From the NCBI GenBank assembly GCA_934456365.1, contig CAKSHC010000005.1:65092-129091 (forward strand): 64,000 nt of DNA, in the 5' to 3' direction. Below are positions 35,463 to 43,868 of this stretch, in pieces. The position numbers and the translations under genes were made by a program. Source of the stretch: an uncultured Eubacteriales bacterium. Its GTDB lineage: Bacteria; Bacillota; Clostridia; Oscillospirales; UMGS1783. The notes beneath the pieces were generated by a model that saw only the letters and a list, made by a program, of their open reading frames with translations, had not been told where the DNA came from and did no database searches. How positions within the stretch are numbered: the first letter of the stretch is position 1; each line of letters starts with the position of its first letter.

Positions 35463-35477
35463 CAAGAATCATTCTTG
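35463..35477. promoter_or_regulatory. Perfect 15-bp palindrome CAAGAATcATTCTTG upstream of the Ca-ATPase gene (candidate operator)
   Basis: Read directly from the sequence. It lies about 65 nt upstream of the ATG and overlaps a -35-like TTGGAA. Confidence 0.35.
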
Positions 35478-35543
35478 GAATGTACTCGCCATAAATATAG
35501 TGCGGGCAGAGTCTTGCCCGAATTCAGAGAAGGAGGCAGAGAA

Positions 35544-38234
35544 ATGCCGGATTACGATAAAGCGTCTGCCGAAGAAACGCTGTATGCGCTGCAAACCGGC
35601 CCAACGGGATTAACCTCCCGGCAGGCGCAGGACCGTCAGGAAAAATACGGGATCAATCAATTAAAAAAAGCGGAAAAGCCGGGCTTTCTGAAACGCTTTT
35701 TTCTCCAGCTCAAGGATCCGATGCTGCTGATTTTACTGGCTGCCGCCGCCGTCAGCGCCCTGACCGGGATGCTCTCGGGGGAGAGCGAATGGGCGGAGAC
35801 GATCATCATTCTGGTCGTCGTCCTGCTCAACGCCCTCCTCGGCGTGATCCAGGAGCAAAAGGCCGAAGCGGCGATCGAGGCGCTGCAAAGCATGACGGCC
35901 GCCACCTGTAAGGTCCTGCGCGACGGGAAACCGGTCGTTCTGCCGTCTGCCGCCCTTGTCCCCGGCGACGTCGTTTTGCTGGAAGCCGGCGACGCCGTCC
36001 CGGCCGACGGGCGGATCCTGGAAAGCGCCTCCCTGAAAATCGAGGAAGCCGCCCTGACCGGCGAATCCGTGCCGGTCTGCAAAATTTCCGAAGCGCTCGG
36101 AGCCCCGCGGGAGCAGGCCGAGATCCCGCTCGGCGACCGGAAAAATATGTGCTATATGGGCTCCACCGTCGTCTACGGGCGCGGCAAAGCCGTCATCACC
36201 GCAACCGGGATGGCCACCGAAATGGGCAAGATCGCCGGCGTGATCTCCGCCGCAAAAGAGGAGCAAACCCCCTTGCAGAAAAAGCTGGATGAGCTCGGCG
36301 GGCTTCTCTCCAAAATGGTGCTCGGGATCTGCGTGTTCATCTTCCTTTTCAACCTTTTCATGGCGCGGGGCGAACTGGCCGCAGGCGGCCATGCCCTTGA
36401 AGTCATCTTAAAAACCTTTATGGTGGCCGTGTCGCTCGCCGTCGCCGCCATCCCGGAGGGGCTGGCAACGGTCGTCACCGTTGTCCTCTCGATCGGGGTC
36501 ACGAAAATGGCAAAGGAAAATGCCGTCATCCGCCGGCTGACCGCCGTGGAGACCCTTGGCTGCACCCAGGTCATCTGCTCCGATAAAACCGGTACCCTCA
36601 CCCAAAATAAAATGACGGTCGTGGAGCATCTCGGAGAGAAAGCCCTTGTCGCCTCGGCCATGGCTCTGTGCTCAGACGCTTTCTTGAACAGCGAAAACAA
36701 AGCCGAAGGCGAGCCCACCGAATGCGCCCTGGTGAATTTCGCCTGTGACGCCGGCTTGAAGAAGCAGGAGATGGAAGCGCGGCTGCCGCGCGTGGGCGAG
36801 GCTCCCTTTGATTCCGGGCGGAAAATGATGTCCACCATCCACCGCGCCGAAAAAGACTTCGTGCAGTATACCAAAGGCGCTCCCGACGTCGTGATCGCCC
36901 GCTGCGCAAGTTATTTGGAAAACGGGAAAATCTTTCCCATGACCGATGAAAAACGGCAGGAGCTCATAAGCGCCAATAAAAACATGGCCGACCGGGCACT
37001 GCGCGTTTTGGCCGTCGCCCGGCGGGACTGGGAAGAAAAACCGGCGGAAACCACCCCGGAAGTTCTGGAGCAAAATCTCACCTTCCTCGGCCTTACAGGG
37101 ATGATCGACCCGGTGCGCCCGGAAGTCAAGGCCGCCATCGAGGAATGCCGCCAGGCGGGAATCTGCGCCGTGATGATTACCGGCGACCATAAAGATACCG
37201 CCGTCGCCATCGCCAAAGAGCTGGGGATCATTCAGGACGCCTCCCAGGCCATCACCGGCGCCGAGCTGGACTCGCTTTCCGACGAGCAGCTTCTGCGAAA
37301 GGTTCGGGAAACGGGCGTCTACGCCCGGGTGCAGCCCGAGCATAAAACCCGGATCGTCAACGCCTGGAAATCCCTCGGCGCCGTAACCGCCATGACGGGC
37401 GACGGTGTCAACGACGCACCCTCCATAAAATCCGCCGATATCGGAATCGGAATGGGGATCACGGGAACCGACGTCACAAAGAATGTTGCCGATATGGTTT
37501 TGGCCGACGATAATTTTGCCACGATCGTGCTCGCCGTCAAGGAAGGCCGCCGCATCTATGAGAATATCCGAAAAGCCATCCAGTTTCTGCTCGCTTCCAA
37601 TATGAGCGAGGTTTTGGGCGTTTTTGCCGCAGCAATGCTGGGCTTTACCCTGTTGAATCCTGTGCATCTTCTGTTTATCAATCTGATCACGGATTGCTTC
37701 CCCGCGCTGGCGCTCGGTATGGAGAAAGCCGAGCCGAATATCATGAGCCGCCCGCCCCGGAGCGCCAAAGAGGGATTTTTCTCCGGCGGCCTGCTTGCGG
37801 ATGTTCTCTATCAGGGAATTCTGGTCAGCGCGCTGACGATCCTCTCCTATCTCATCGGCCATTTCTTTGAAAGTGGGGTCTTCTCGCTGCCCTCGGGCGC
37901 GTCCCGGCATGGGATGACGATGGCGTTTCTCACCATGTCCATGTGCGAGATCTTCCATTCCTTCAACCTCCGTTCGCAAAGAAAATCCGTTTTCACCCTG
38001 CGGGGGCAGAATAAGGTTTTGTGGGCCGCCATGATCGGCTCGTTGATTTTGACAACCGCTTTGCTCGAGATCCCGTTTCTGGCCGATGCCTTCGGCTTCA
38101 CCCCGGTCGGATGGGCGGAATACGGAATCGCCCTCGGCCTGGCCTTTTTGGTGATTCCCGTTGTGGAAGCGGTCAAGTTTTTCCAGAGAAAATGCGCAAA
38201 AAAGAAAGAAAAACCGGGCAAAGCGGCAAACTGA
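35544..38234 (+). CDS. Calcium-translocating P-type ATPase (P2A/PMCA-SERCA-like)
   Basis: 897 aa with 'CSDKTGTLTQNKM', 'MITGDH' and 'TGDGVNDAPS', and N-terminus 'GLTSRQAQDRQEKYGINQL'. ATG 35544 follows a GAAGGAGG RBS. Confidence 0.85.
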   Translation: MPDYDKASAEETLYALQTGPTGLTSRQAQDRQEKYGINQLKKAEKPGFLKRFFLQLKDPMLLILLAAAAVSALTGMLSGESEWAETIIILVVVLLNALLGVIQEQKAEAAIEALQSMTAATCKVLRDGKPVVLPSAALVPGDVVLLEAGDAVPADGRILESASLKIEEAALTGESVPVCKISEALGAPREQAEIPLGDRKNMCYMGSTVVYGRGKAVITATGMATEMGKIAGVISAAKEEQTPLQKKLDELGGLLSKMVLGICVFIFLFNLFMARGELAAGGHALEVILKTFMVAVSLAVAAIPEGLATVVTVVLSIGVTKMAKENAVIRRLTAVETLGCTQVICSDKTGTLTQNKMTVVEHLGEKALVASAMALCSDAFLNSENKAEGEPTECALVNFACDAGLKKQEMEARLPRVGEAPFDSGRKMMSTIHRAEKDFVQYTKGAPDVVIARCASYLENGKIFPMTDEKRQELISANKNMADRALRVLAVARRDWEEKPAETTPEVLEQNLTFLGLTGMIDPVRPEVKAAIEECRQAGICAVMITGDHKDTAVAIAKELGIIQDASQAITGAELDSLSDEQLLRKVRETGVYARVQPEHKTRIVNAWKSLGAVTAMTGDGVNDAPSIKSADIGIGMGITGTDVTKNVADMVLADDNFATIVLAVKEGRRIYENIRKAIQFLLASNMSEVLGVFAAAMLGFTLLNPVHLLFINLITDCFPALALGMEKAEPNIMSRPPRSAKEGFFSGGLLADVLYQGILVSALTILSYLIGHFFESGVFSLPSGASRHGMTMAFLTMSMCEIFHSFNLRSQRKSVFTLRGQNKVLWAAMIGSLILTTALLEIPFLADAFGFTPVGWAEYGIALGLAFLVIPVVEAVKFFQRKCAKKKEKPGKAAN

Positions 38235-38244
38235 GATCTTTTTC

Positions 38245-38273
38245 TTGCCCGGGGCGCGCCTTTGCGGTATGAT
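38245..38273 (+). promoter_or_regulatory. Candidate promoter of trmO
   Basis: TTGCCC, 17-nt spacer, TATGAT. Confidence 0.4.
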
Positions 38274-38303
38274 ATAGAAAAAGCCCAAAAGGAGAGCTCC
38301 TGC

Positions 38304-38978
38304 ATGGAAATCCGCCCTGTCGCCACGATCGAAACCCCCTTTCGCGAAAAATTCGGCATCCCGCGCCAAAGCGGCCTGGCCGGCGCGCCGGGGCGCATTG
38401 TGTTTGAGCCGGAGTTCCGGATGGCGGCCGCCCTGCGTGATCTCGAGGGCTTTTCCCATCTTTGGCTGCTCTTCGATTTTTCCCTGGCCCATCGCGCCGA
38501 ATGGTCGCCCACCGTTCGCCCGCCCCGCCTGGGCGGAAACCGGCGGGTGGGGGTGTTTGCCAGCCGGTCGCCCTTTCGCCCCAATCCCATCGGCCTTTCC
38601 TCGGTGCGCCTTTGCGGGGTGGAGGAGGACCCGGAAAAAGGGCCCGTTTTGCTGGTGGAGGGAGTCGACCTGCTCGACGGCACCCCCATCTTTGATATCA
38701 AGCCCTATCTGCCCTTCACCGATTCCCATCCAAACGCCCGCGGCGGCTATGCCGAAGAGCAGCTCGGCGAGCGCCTGTCGGTTCGCGACCCGCAGGGACT
38801 CCTAAATCGGCTTCCCGAAAGGCTTCGCCGGCTTGCCGAGGAATGCCTGCGCCAGGATCCGCGCCCATCCTATCAGGAAGACCCCGAACGGGAATACGGA
38901 ATGCGGCTGGAGGATTGGAATATCCGCTTTTTTGTGCGCGAAAACTGCGCCGAAATCATCGAAATTTCGCAAAAATAA
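38304..38978 (+). CDS. trmO: tRNA (t6A37-N6)-methyltransferase TrmO (YaeB/TsaA family)
   Basis: 'IETPFREKFGIPRQSG', 'FSHLWLLF' and 'RSPFRPNPIGLS' are YaeB family motifs. ATG 38304 follows an AAAAGGAGAG RBS. Confidence 0.8.
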   Translation: MEIRPVATIETPFREKFGIPRQSGLAGAPGRIVFEPEFRMAAALRDLEGFSHLWLLFDFSLAHRAEWSPTVRPPRLGGNRRVGVFASRSPFRPNPIGLSSVRLCGVEEDPEKGPVLLVEGVDLLDGTPIFDIKPYLPFTDSHPNARGGYAEEQLGERLSVRDPQGLLNRLPERLRRLAEECLRQDPRPSYQEDPEREYGMRLEDWNIRFFVRENCAEIIEISQK

Positions 38979-38983
38979 ATGGA

Positions 38984-39012
38984 AAAAGCACCCCAAAAGG
39001 GTGCTTTTTTCC
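38984..39012 (+). terminator. Terminator after trmO
   Basis: aaaagcaccc / gggtgctttt hairpin with loop caaaa, followed by a T-run. Confidence 0.75.
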
Positions 39013-39061
39013 TGCTTTTTGGGCGAAAAACGCGGGCAAAATAGCAGAAAAGGAGGGTTTT

Positions 39062-39901
39062 ATGAAGCGTTTTCGCGCCGTTTTGGCGATTTTTTCGGCT
39101 CTTTTGTGCCTGTTTGTGATCTTTTCAACGGCAAAAGTGCGCGGAGAAGAGGCTGTGGAGCTGCCGATTGTGATGTATCATCATCTTTCCCAGCAGCAGA
39201 ATCGATGCAATGCCTATGTTTTGCCGGTCTCACAATTTGAAAAAGACATCCAATATCTCAGCGAGCAGGGCTATCAGAGCGTCACCGTCAGTGATCTTCT
39301 GGCCTGGCAGGAGGGAGAAAGCCTTCCCGAAAAGCCGGTGATGATCACCTTTGACGACGGTTTTGAAAGCACGCTTGCCTATGCCGCCCCCATTTTGGAA
39401 AAATACGGGATGCGGGGCGTGGTTTCCATCATCGGAAGCGTGGTGCAGACCTATACCGACGCGCCCGACCACAACCTCGCCTATTCCTATCTCAACTGGG
39501 AAGAGGTGGAGAAAATCGCGCAGAGCGGCCCCTTTGAGGTGCAGTGCCACACCTGGGATCTCCACGGCCTTTCGGGGCGCACCGGCTGCAACCAGAGAAA
39601 AGGGGAGGATGAAGCCTCCTATAAGGCCATGCTGCGCCGCGACCTGATGAAATTTCAGGAAACCTATGCCGCCCACACCGGGCAGAAAACCACCGCCCTC
39701 GCCCTGCCCTACGGAGCGGGAAATGAAAATACCCGCTCGGTCGCAAAGGAACTGGGCTTTCGCGCCGTGTTCACCTGCGAAGAGCGGGTCAATCGGTTGA
39801 CGGGGAAGGAAGACGAGCTTCTGCGCCTCGGGCGCTTCAATCGCCCGACCGGGGAAAGCAGCGCCGCCTTTTTCGGAAAGAAGTTTCAAGGGACGGTATG
39901 A
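39062..39901 (+). CDS. Secreted polysaccharide deacetylase (NodB homology domain)
   Basis: Signal peptide 'AVLAIFSALLCLFVIFSTAKV'. NodB motifs 'ITFDDGFES' and 'HTWDLH'. Confidence 0.8.
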   Translation: MKRFRAVLAIFSALLCLFVIFSTAKVRGEEAVELPIVMYHHLSQQQNRCNAYVLPVSQFEKDIQYLSEQGYQSVTVSDLLAWQEGESLPEKPVMITFDDGFESTLAYAAPILEKYGMRGVVSIIGSVVQTYTDAPDHNLAYSYLNWEEVEKIAQSGPFEVQCHTWDLHGLSGRTGCNQRKGEDEASYKAMLRRDLMKFQETYAAHTGQKTTALALPYGAGNENTRSVAKELGFRAVFTCEERVNRLTGKEDELLRLGRFNRPTGESSAAFFGKKFQGTV

Positions 39902-40683
39902 GTGCGCAGATAATCGCACCAGATCGCATAGTAGGAGGGGTAGAGATGCACCCCGTCGGCGGTGTAGTCGGCGGGCATGGCGTCGTTTTCATCGGCAAAG
40001 CACCAGTGGGTTTGCAGGAGATAAACGCCCTCCTCGCGGGCCATGCGGCAAAGCGCTTGATTGGCGCGGGCGATGTTTTCCTTTGAGAAAACGGAGGCCG
40101 ACCAGGTTTTTTCCGCGATGACCGGGAAAATCGTTTGCACATAAATCGCGGCGTCCGGCTGCGCGGCGCGCGCCTTGCGGATCAGAGCGGCATAGTTTTC
40201 GCTCCAGGGCTCGGGATCGGATCCCATTTCGTTGATGCCCAAAAGGAAATAGATTTTGCCGTAGGAGCGGCTTTGCAGCCGGGCGGCAAGGGCATCGCTT
40301 TGCAGGGTGCCGAGCACGGTGGCGCTGGTGGCGCAGAAATAATCGGCATTTTTCAGATTTCCGAACAGCTCCAGCCCATTGGTGAGAGAATCGCCGATGA
40401 AGAGCGCGTCGTCGAAATAGGAATCCGGCACCGCGTCGCCAAAGGGAACGGGAAGCGAGGGGGAAAGGGAATAAACGGAATCGGCCCGGCGCAGCGCGAT
40501 CGGCTCGAGGCCGCCGGCTGCCCGGCGTTCTTCCTCTGAAAGGCTGGGAAGGGGCTCCTGCGGCGCGCTCGGGCGGGGCAGGAGAAGGATCAGCGCGGCG
40601 ATCAGAAGAAGCAGAACCAAAGCGCCGAGGATCCACGCGGCCCGCGAAGGGCGGCGCTTTCTTTTTTCCTGGGAACGGGGCAT
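39886..40683 (-). CDS. Membrane-anchored SGNH/GDSL hydrolase
   Basis: TM 'AAWILGALVLLLLIAALILLL'. Block I 'FIGDSLTNG' and block V 'ADGVHLYP'. ATG 40683 follows an AAGGAGG RBS. The 3' end overlaps the convergent deacetylase gene by 16 bp. Confidence 0.75.
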   Translation of the reverse strand: MPRSQEKRKRRPSRAAWILGALVLLLLIAALILLLPRPSAPQEPLPSLSEEERRAAGGLEPIALRRADSVYSLSPSLPVPFGDAVPDSYFDDALFIGDSLTNGLELFGNLKNADYFCATSATVLGTLQSDALAARLQSRSYGKIYFLLGINEMGSDPEPWSENYAALIRKARAAQPDAAIYVQTIFPVIAEKTWSASVFSKENIARANQALCRMAREEGVYLLQTHWCFADENDAMPADYTADGVHLYPSYYAIWCDYLRTHTVP

Positions 40684-40813
40684 GAAAAAACCCTCCTTTT
40701 TCCTGCGTATCATATCATGCTTTTTGGCGGAATGCAACGAAATTTTTTCCCGGGCTTTTCCTTTTGCGGCTTTTGTGATACAATAGCCGGGAAAGAGAAA
40801 AGGAGGGTTTTTT

Positions 40814-41830
40814 ATGAAGGTATTGGTGGCCGGCGGCGCCGGCTTTATCGGAACGCACACCTGTGTGGCGCTGACCCAGGCGGGGCACGAGGTGGTCTGC
40901 GCGGATAATTTCAGCAACAGCAAGCCGGCTGCGGTGGACGCGACCCGCAAACTGTGCGGGGTGGATTTCCCGTTTCTCAAAACCGATTTCTGCGATCCTT
41001 CCCAGAGCGACGCGGCCTTCGACGGGCAGGGGATCGACGCCGTGATCTTCTTCGCGGCCTTCAAGGCGGTGGGCGAGAGCTGCGAAAATCCGCTCAAGTA
41101 TTACCGCAACAACCTGACTTCCTTGCTCAATATCCTTTCCTCGATGAAGAAATTCGGGGTGAAGAATTTTATTTTCAGCTCTTCGGCCACCGTTTACGGC
41201 GATAAGAACCCCATGCCGGCCAAGGAGGACTATCCGATCTCGGCGGTGAATCCCTACGGCATGACCAAGGTGATGACCGAAGAGATTCTGGGCGATCTCT
41301 GCAAGGCCGATCCGGATTTCCATGCGGTGGTGCTGCGCTATTTCAACCCCATCGGGAGCCATCCCTCGGGAGAGATCGGCGAGGATTCGGGCGACCGGCC
41401 CAACAACCTGCTGCCTCTTCTTTTGCAGGTGGCCGACGGAAGCCGCAAGGAGCTTCTGGTGTTTGGCGACGATTACGATACCCCGGACGGCACGGGGGTG
41501 CGCGATTATATCCATGTGATGGATCTGGCCGAGGGGCACGTGGCGGCGCTTCGGCGCTTCGGCAAGGGAAAGGGCTTTGAGGTGTTTAACCTCGGTACGG
41601 GCGTGGGCTATTCGGTTTTGGATATTATCCATGCCTTTGAGCGCGCCACCGGGGTGACGGTGCCCTACCGGGTGGTGGATCGCCGCCCGGGCGATGTGGC
41701 GCTTTGCCTTGCCGATCCGACCCGCGCCCGCGAGGTGCTGGGCTGGACGGCCAGCCGCACACTGGACGATATGTGCGTGGACGCCTGGCGCTGGCAGACC
41801 AAGCATCCGCACGGCTTCCCGGTGCAGTAA
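40814..41830 (+). CDS. galE: UDP-glucose 4-epimerase
   Basis: 'VLVAGGAGFIGTH', 'SSSATVYG' and 'YGMTK' (SDR Y-x-x-x-K). Confidence 0.9.
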   Translation: MKVLVAGGAGFIGTHTCVALTQAGHEVVCADNFSNSKPAAVDATRKLCGVDFPFLKTDFCDPSQSDAAFDGQGIDAVIFFAAFKAVGESCENPLKYYRNNLTSLLNILSSMKKFGVKNFIFSSSATVYGDKNPMPAKEDYPISAVNPYGMTKVMTEEILGDLCKADPDFHAVVLRYFNPIGSHPSGEIGEDSGDRPNNLLPLLLQVADGSRKELLVFGDDYDTPDGTGVRDYIHVMDLAEGHVAALRRFGKGKGFEVFNLGTGVGYSVLDIIHAFERATGVTVPYRVVDRRPGDVALCLADPTRAREVLGWTASRTLDDMCVDAWRWQTKHPHGFPVQ

Positions 41831-41851
41831 AAACAATCGAAGAAGGCCAAG

Positions 41852-41883
41852 AGAGCCCCGTTTTGGAACGGGGCTCTTTTTTT
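41852..41883 (+). terminator. Terminator after galE
   Basis: Stem agagccccgtt / aacggggctct with loop ttgg, followed by ttttttt. Confidence 0.85.
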
Positions 41884-41926
41884 GCATAAAAATTTCATTT
41901 TCGGAAGAAAAAATCGCGGAAACCCC

Positions 41927-41955
41927 TTGCGTTTTCCGCGGTTTTTCTTTATAAT
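41927..41955 (+). promoter_or_regulatory. Pmra-like promoter of the dcw cluster
   Basis: TTGCGT, 17-nt spacer, TATAAT. Confidence 0.6.
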
Positions 41956-41961
41956 GGGGTT

Positions 41962-42002
41962 ATAAGTGGCTGCAAGTGGCTGCTATGTGGCATGAAGTGG
42001 TT
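41962..42002 (+). promoter_or_regulatory. Four direct (A)AGTGG/GTGG repeats at about 10-bp phasing: candidate MraZ operator
   Basis: ataAGTGGctgcaAGTGGctgctatGTGGcatgaAGTGGtta. The GTGG motifs start at 41966, 41976, 41987 and 41997, immediately downstream of the -10. Confidence 0.65.
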
Positions 42003-42030
42003 AATTTGCCGAAGAAAGGGGAGAAGAGCC

Positions 42031-42450
42031 GTGCTGTCCGGAACCTATCGTCACACCCTGGACGCGAAGGGGCGGGTGATCGTGCCGGTGCGTTTTCGCG
42101 GGGATCTGGGCGAGAGCTTTATGGTGACGCGGGGATTGGACGACTGCCTGGCTCTTTACTCGATGAAGGAATGGCAGCGGCTGGAGGAGAAGATCGCCGC
42201 TTTGCCGATGGCCTCTTCCCGGCAGATCCAGCGGTATCTTTTTGCCAACGCCTATCCGGCCGAGATCGACAACAACGGCCGCACGGTGATCCCGCCGGAG
42301 CTGCGGGAGTTTGCGGGGCTGACCAAGGATGTGGTGATCGTGGGCGTGAGCTCGCGGGCCGAGATCTGGGACGCCGGGCGCTGGGAGCAGAGCGAGGTTT
42401 CCTCGCCGAGCACGAGCGTGACGCAGATGATGATCGAACTGGGGCTTTGA
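42031..42450 (+). CDS. mraZ: Transcriptional regulator MraZ
   Basis: 'LSGTYRHTLDAKGRVIVPVRFR' plus a second SpoVT-AbrB repeat 'EIDNNGRTVIPPELR'. GTG 42031 follows an AAAGGGGAG RBS. The tracked ATG at 41992 lies inside the operator repeats. Confidence 0.85.
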   Translation: MLSGTYRHTLDAKGRVIVPVRFRGDLGESFMVTRGLDDCLALYSMKEWQRLEEKIAALPMASSRQIQRYLFANAYPAEIDNNGRTVIPPELREFAGLTKDVVIVGVSSRAEIWDAGRWEQSEVSSPSTSVTQMMIELGL

Positions 42451-42451
42451 G

Positions 42452-43414
42452 ATGGCGTTTGAACACAAGCCGGTTTTACTGGAAGAATGCATCGAAGGGC
42501 TGGCGATCGCGCCGGGCGGGGTTTATGTGGACTGCACGGCGGGCGGCGGCGGCCATTCTTATGAAATCGCCAGGCGCCTGACGACGGGGCGGCTGATCTG
42601 CCTGGACCGGGATGAAGAGGCGATCGCGGCCTGCCGGGAGAGGCTTTCCGCATTCGGCGAGCGGGTAACGATCTGCCGCACGGCCTTTTCCGAGCTTTCT
42701 TCGGTTTCGAGAGAGCTGGGGATCGCCGGGGTAGACGGCGTTCTGATGGATCTGGGGGTTTCCTCGCATCAGATCGACACGCCGCAGCGCGGCTTTTCCT
42801 TCCGATCGGACGCGCCGCTCGATATGCGGATGGATCGCCGGGGAGCGCTGAGCGCCCGGGAAATTGTGAACACCTATTCGGAGGAGGCCCTGCGGGACAT
42901 CCTCTGGAAATACGGCGAAGAGAAATTTTCGCGGCAGATCGCGGCGCGGATCGTGCGGGAGCGCGAAAAGGCGCCGATCGAAACGACGGGCGAACTGAGC
43001 GAGATCATCTGCTCGGCCATGCCGGCCAAGGCGCGGCGGGAGGAGCAGCATCCGGCCAAGCGGAGCTTTCAGGCCATCCGGATCGCCGTCAACGACGAGC
43101 TGGGCGAGCTGGAGCGGACGCTGGACGAGATTCCGGCGCTTCTGAATCCGGGCGGGCGGCTGGTGATTCTGACCTTCCACTCGCTGGAGGATCGGATCGT
43201 GAAGAATTTTTACCGGGAGCAGAGCACGGGCTGTATCTGCCCGCCGTCTTTTCCGGTTTGTGTGTGCCATCATAAGGCGGCCCTGCGGTTGGTGAATCGC
43301 CGGCCGATCGTGGCGGATGAGGGCGAATTGCAGGACAATCGACGGGCTGGATGCGCCAAGCTGCGCATTGCGGAAAGGATCAACGATGCAGAAGATCAAT
43401 CGGAAACCGAATAA
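42452..43414 (+). CDS. rsmH: 16S rRNA (cytosine1402-N4)-methyltransferase
   Basis: 'HKPVLLEE', 'DCTAGGGGHS' and 'DLGVSSHQ'. Confidence 0.9.
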   Translation: MAFEHKPVLLEECIEGLAIAPGGVYVDCTAGGGGHSYEIARRLTTGRLICLDRDEEAIAACRERLSAFGERVTICRTAFSELSSVSRELGIAGVDGVLMDLGVSSHQIDTPQRGFSFRSDAPLDMRMDRRGALSAREIVNTYSEEALRDILWKYGEEKFSRQIAARIVREREKAPIETTGELSEIICSAMPAKARREEQHPAKRSFQAIRIAVNDELGELERTLDEIPALLNPGGRLVILTFHSLEDRIVKNFYREQSTGCICPPSFPVCVCHHKAALRLVNRRPIVADEGELQDNRRAGCAKLRIAERINDAEDQSETE

Positions 43415-43778
43415 GCGCCGGACGCGCGTGTCTCCGGCTTTGTGCCTGGCTGTTCTGCTGCTGGGCGGGCTGATCGTGGGCAAGCTGATGACCAACGCGC
43501 AGTACAACGAGCGGGCGAGCTACCTAAGCGGGCTCAAGGATGAATACGAAACCTGCTGTAACGAGCAAATTCAGCTGGATGTGCGCCTGGGCAAGCTGGC
43601 CAATCTGGACAGTATTGAGGAGATCGCCGTGACCCAGCTGGGGATGAGCAAGATCACCCAGCATCAGATCGAGTATGTGAACCTGGGCGGGGAGGACTAC
43701 GCCGAGGTGATGGAGGGCGACAGCGGGCTGGGCGGGGTTTTCCGCAGCTTTTCGATGATTTGGGAATATTTGAACTGA
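43386..43778 (+). CDS. ftsL: Cell division protein FtsL
   Basis: 130 aa with a basic N-terminus, a single TM 'ALCLAVLLLGGLIVG' and then a coiled-coil-like region. Position between rsmH and the PBP gene. Confidence 0.7.
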   Translation: MQKINRKPNKRRTRVSPALCLAVLLLGGLIVGKLMTNAQYNERASYLSGLKDEYETCCNEQIQLDVRLGKLANLDSIEEIAVTQLGMSKITQHQIEYVNLGGEDYAEVMEGDSGLGGVFRSFSMIWEYLN

Positions 43779-43868
43779 CCCTTGCCTACAAATAGATTGT
43801 ATGCGAAGGCTGACAGCCGCTGCGACGCCAGCGGCTGTGCGCATATCAGGCCAGAAGGAGGAACCGGC

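Noticed and set aside
27602-35543. The idea that the TasA-like array is a tRNA-Gln-integrated genomic island.
   Set aside because: I found no integrase, recombinase or other mobility genes, and no direct repeat of the tRNA 3' end near 35.4 kb. The GC content and codon style of the four genes match the flanking chromosome.
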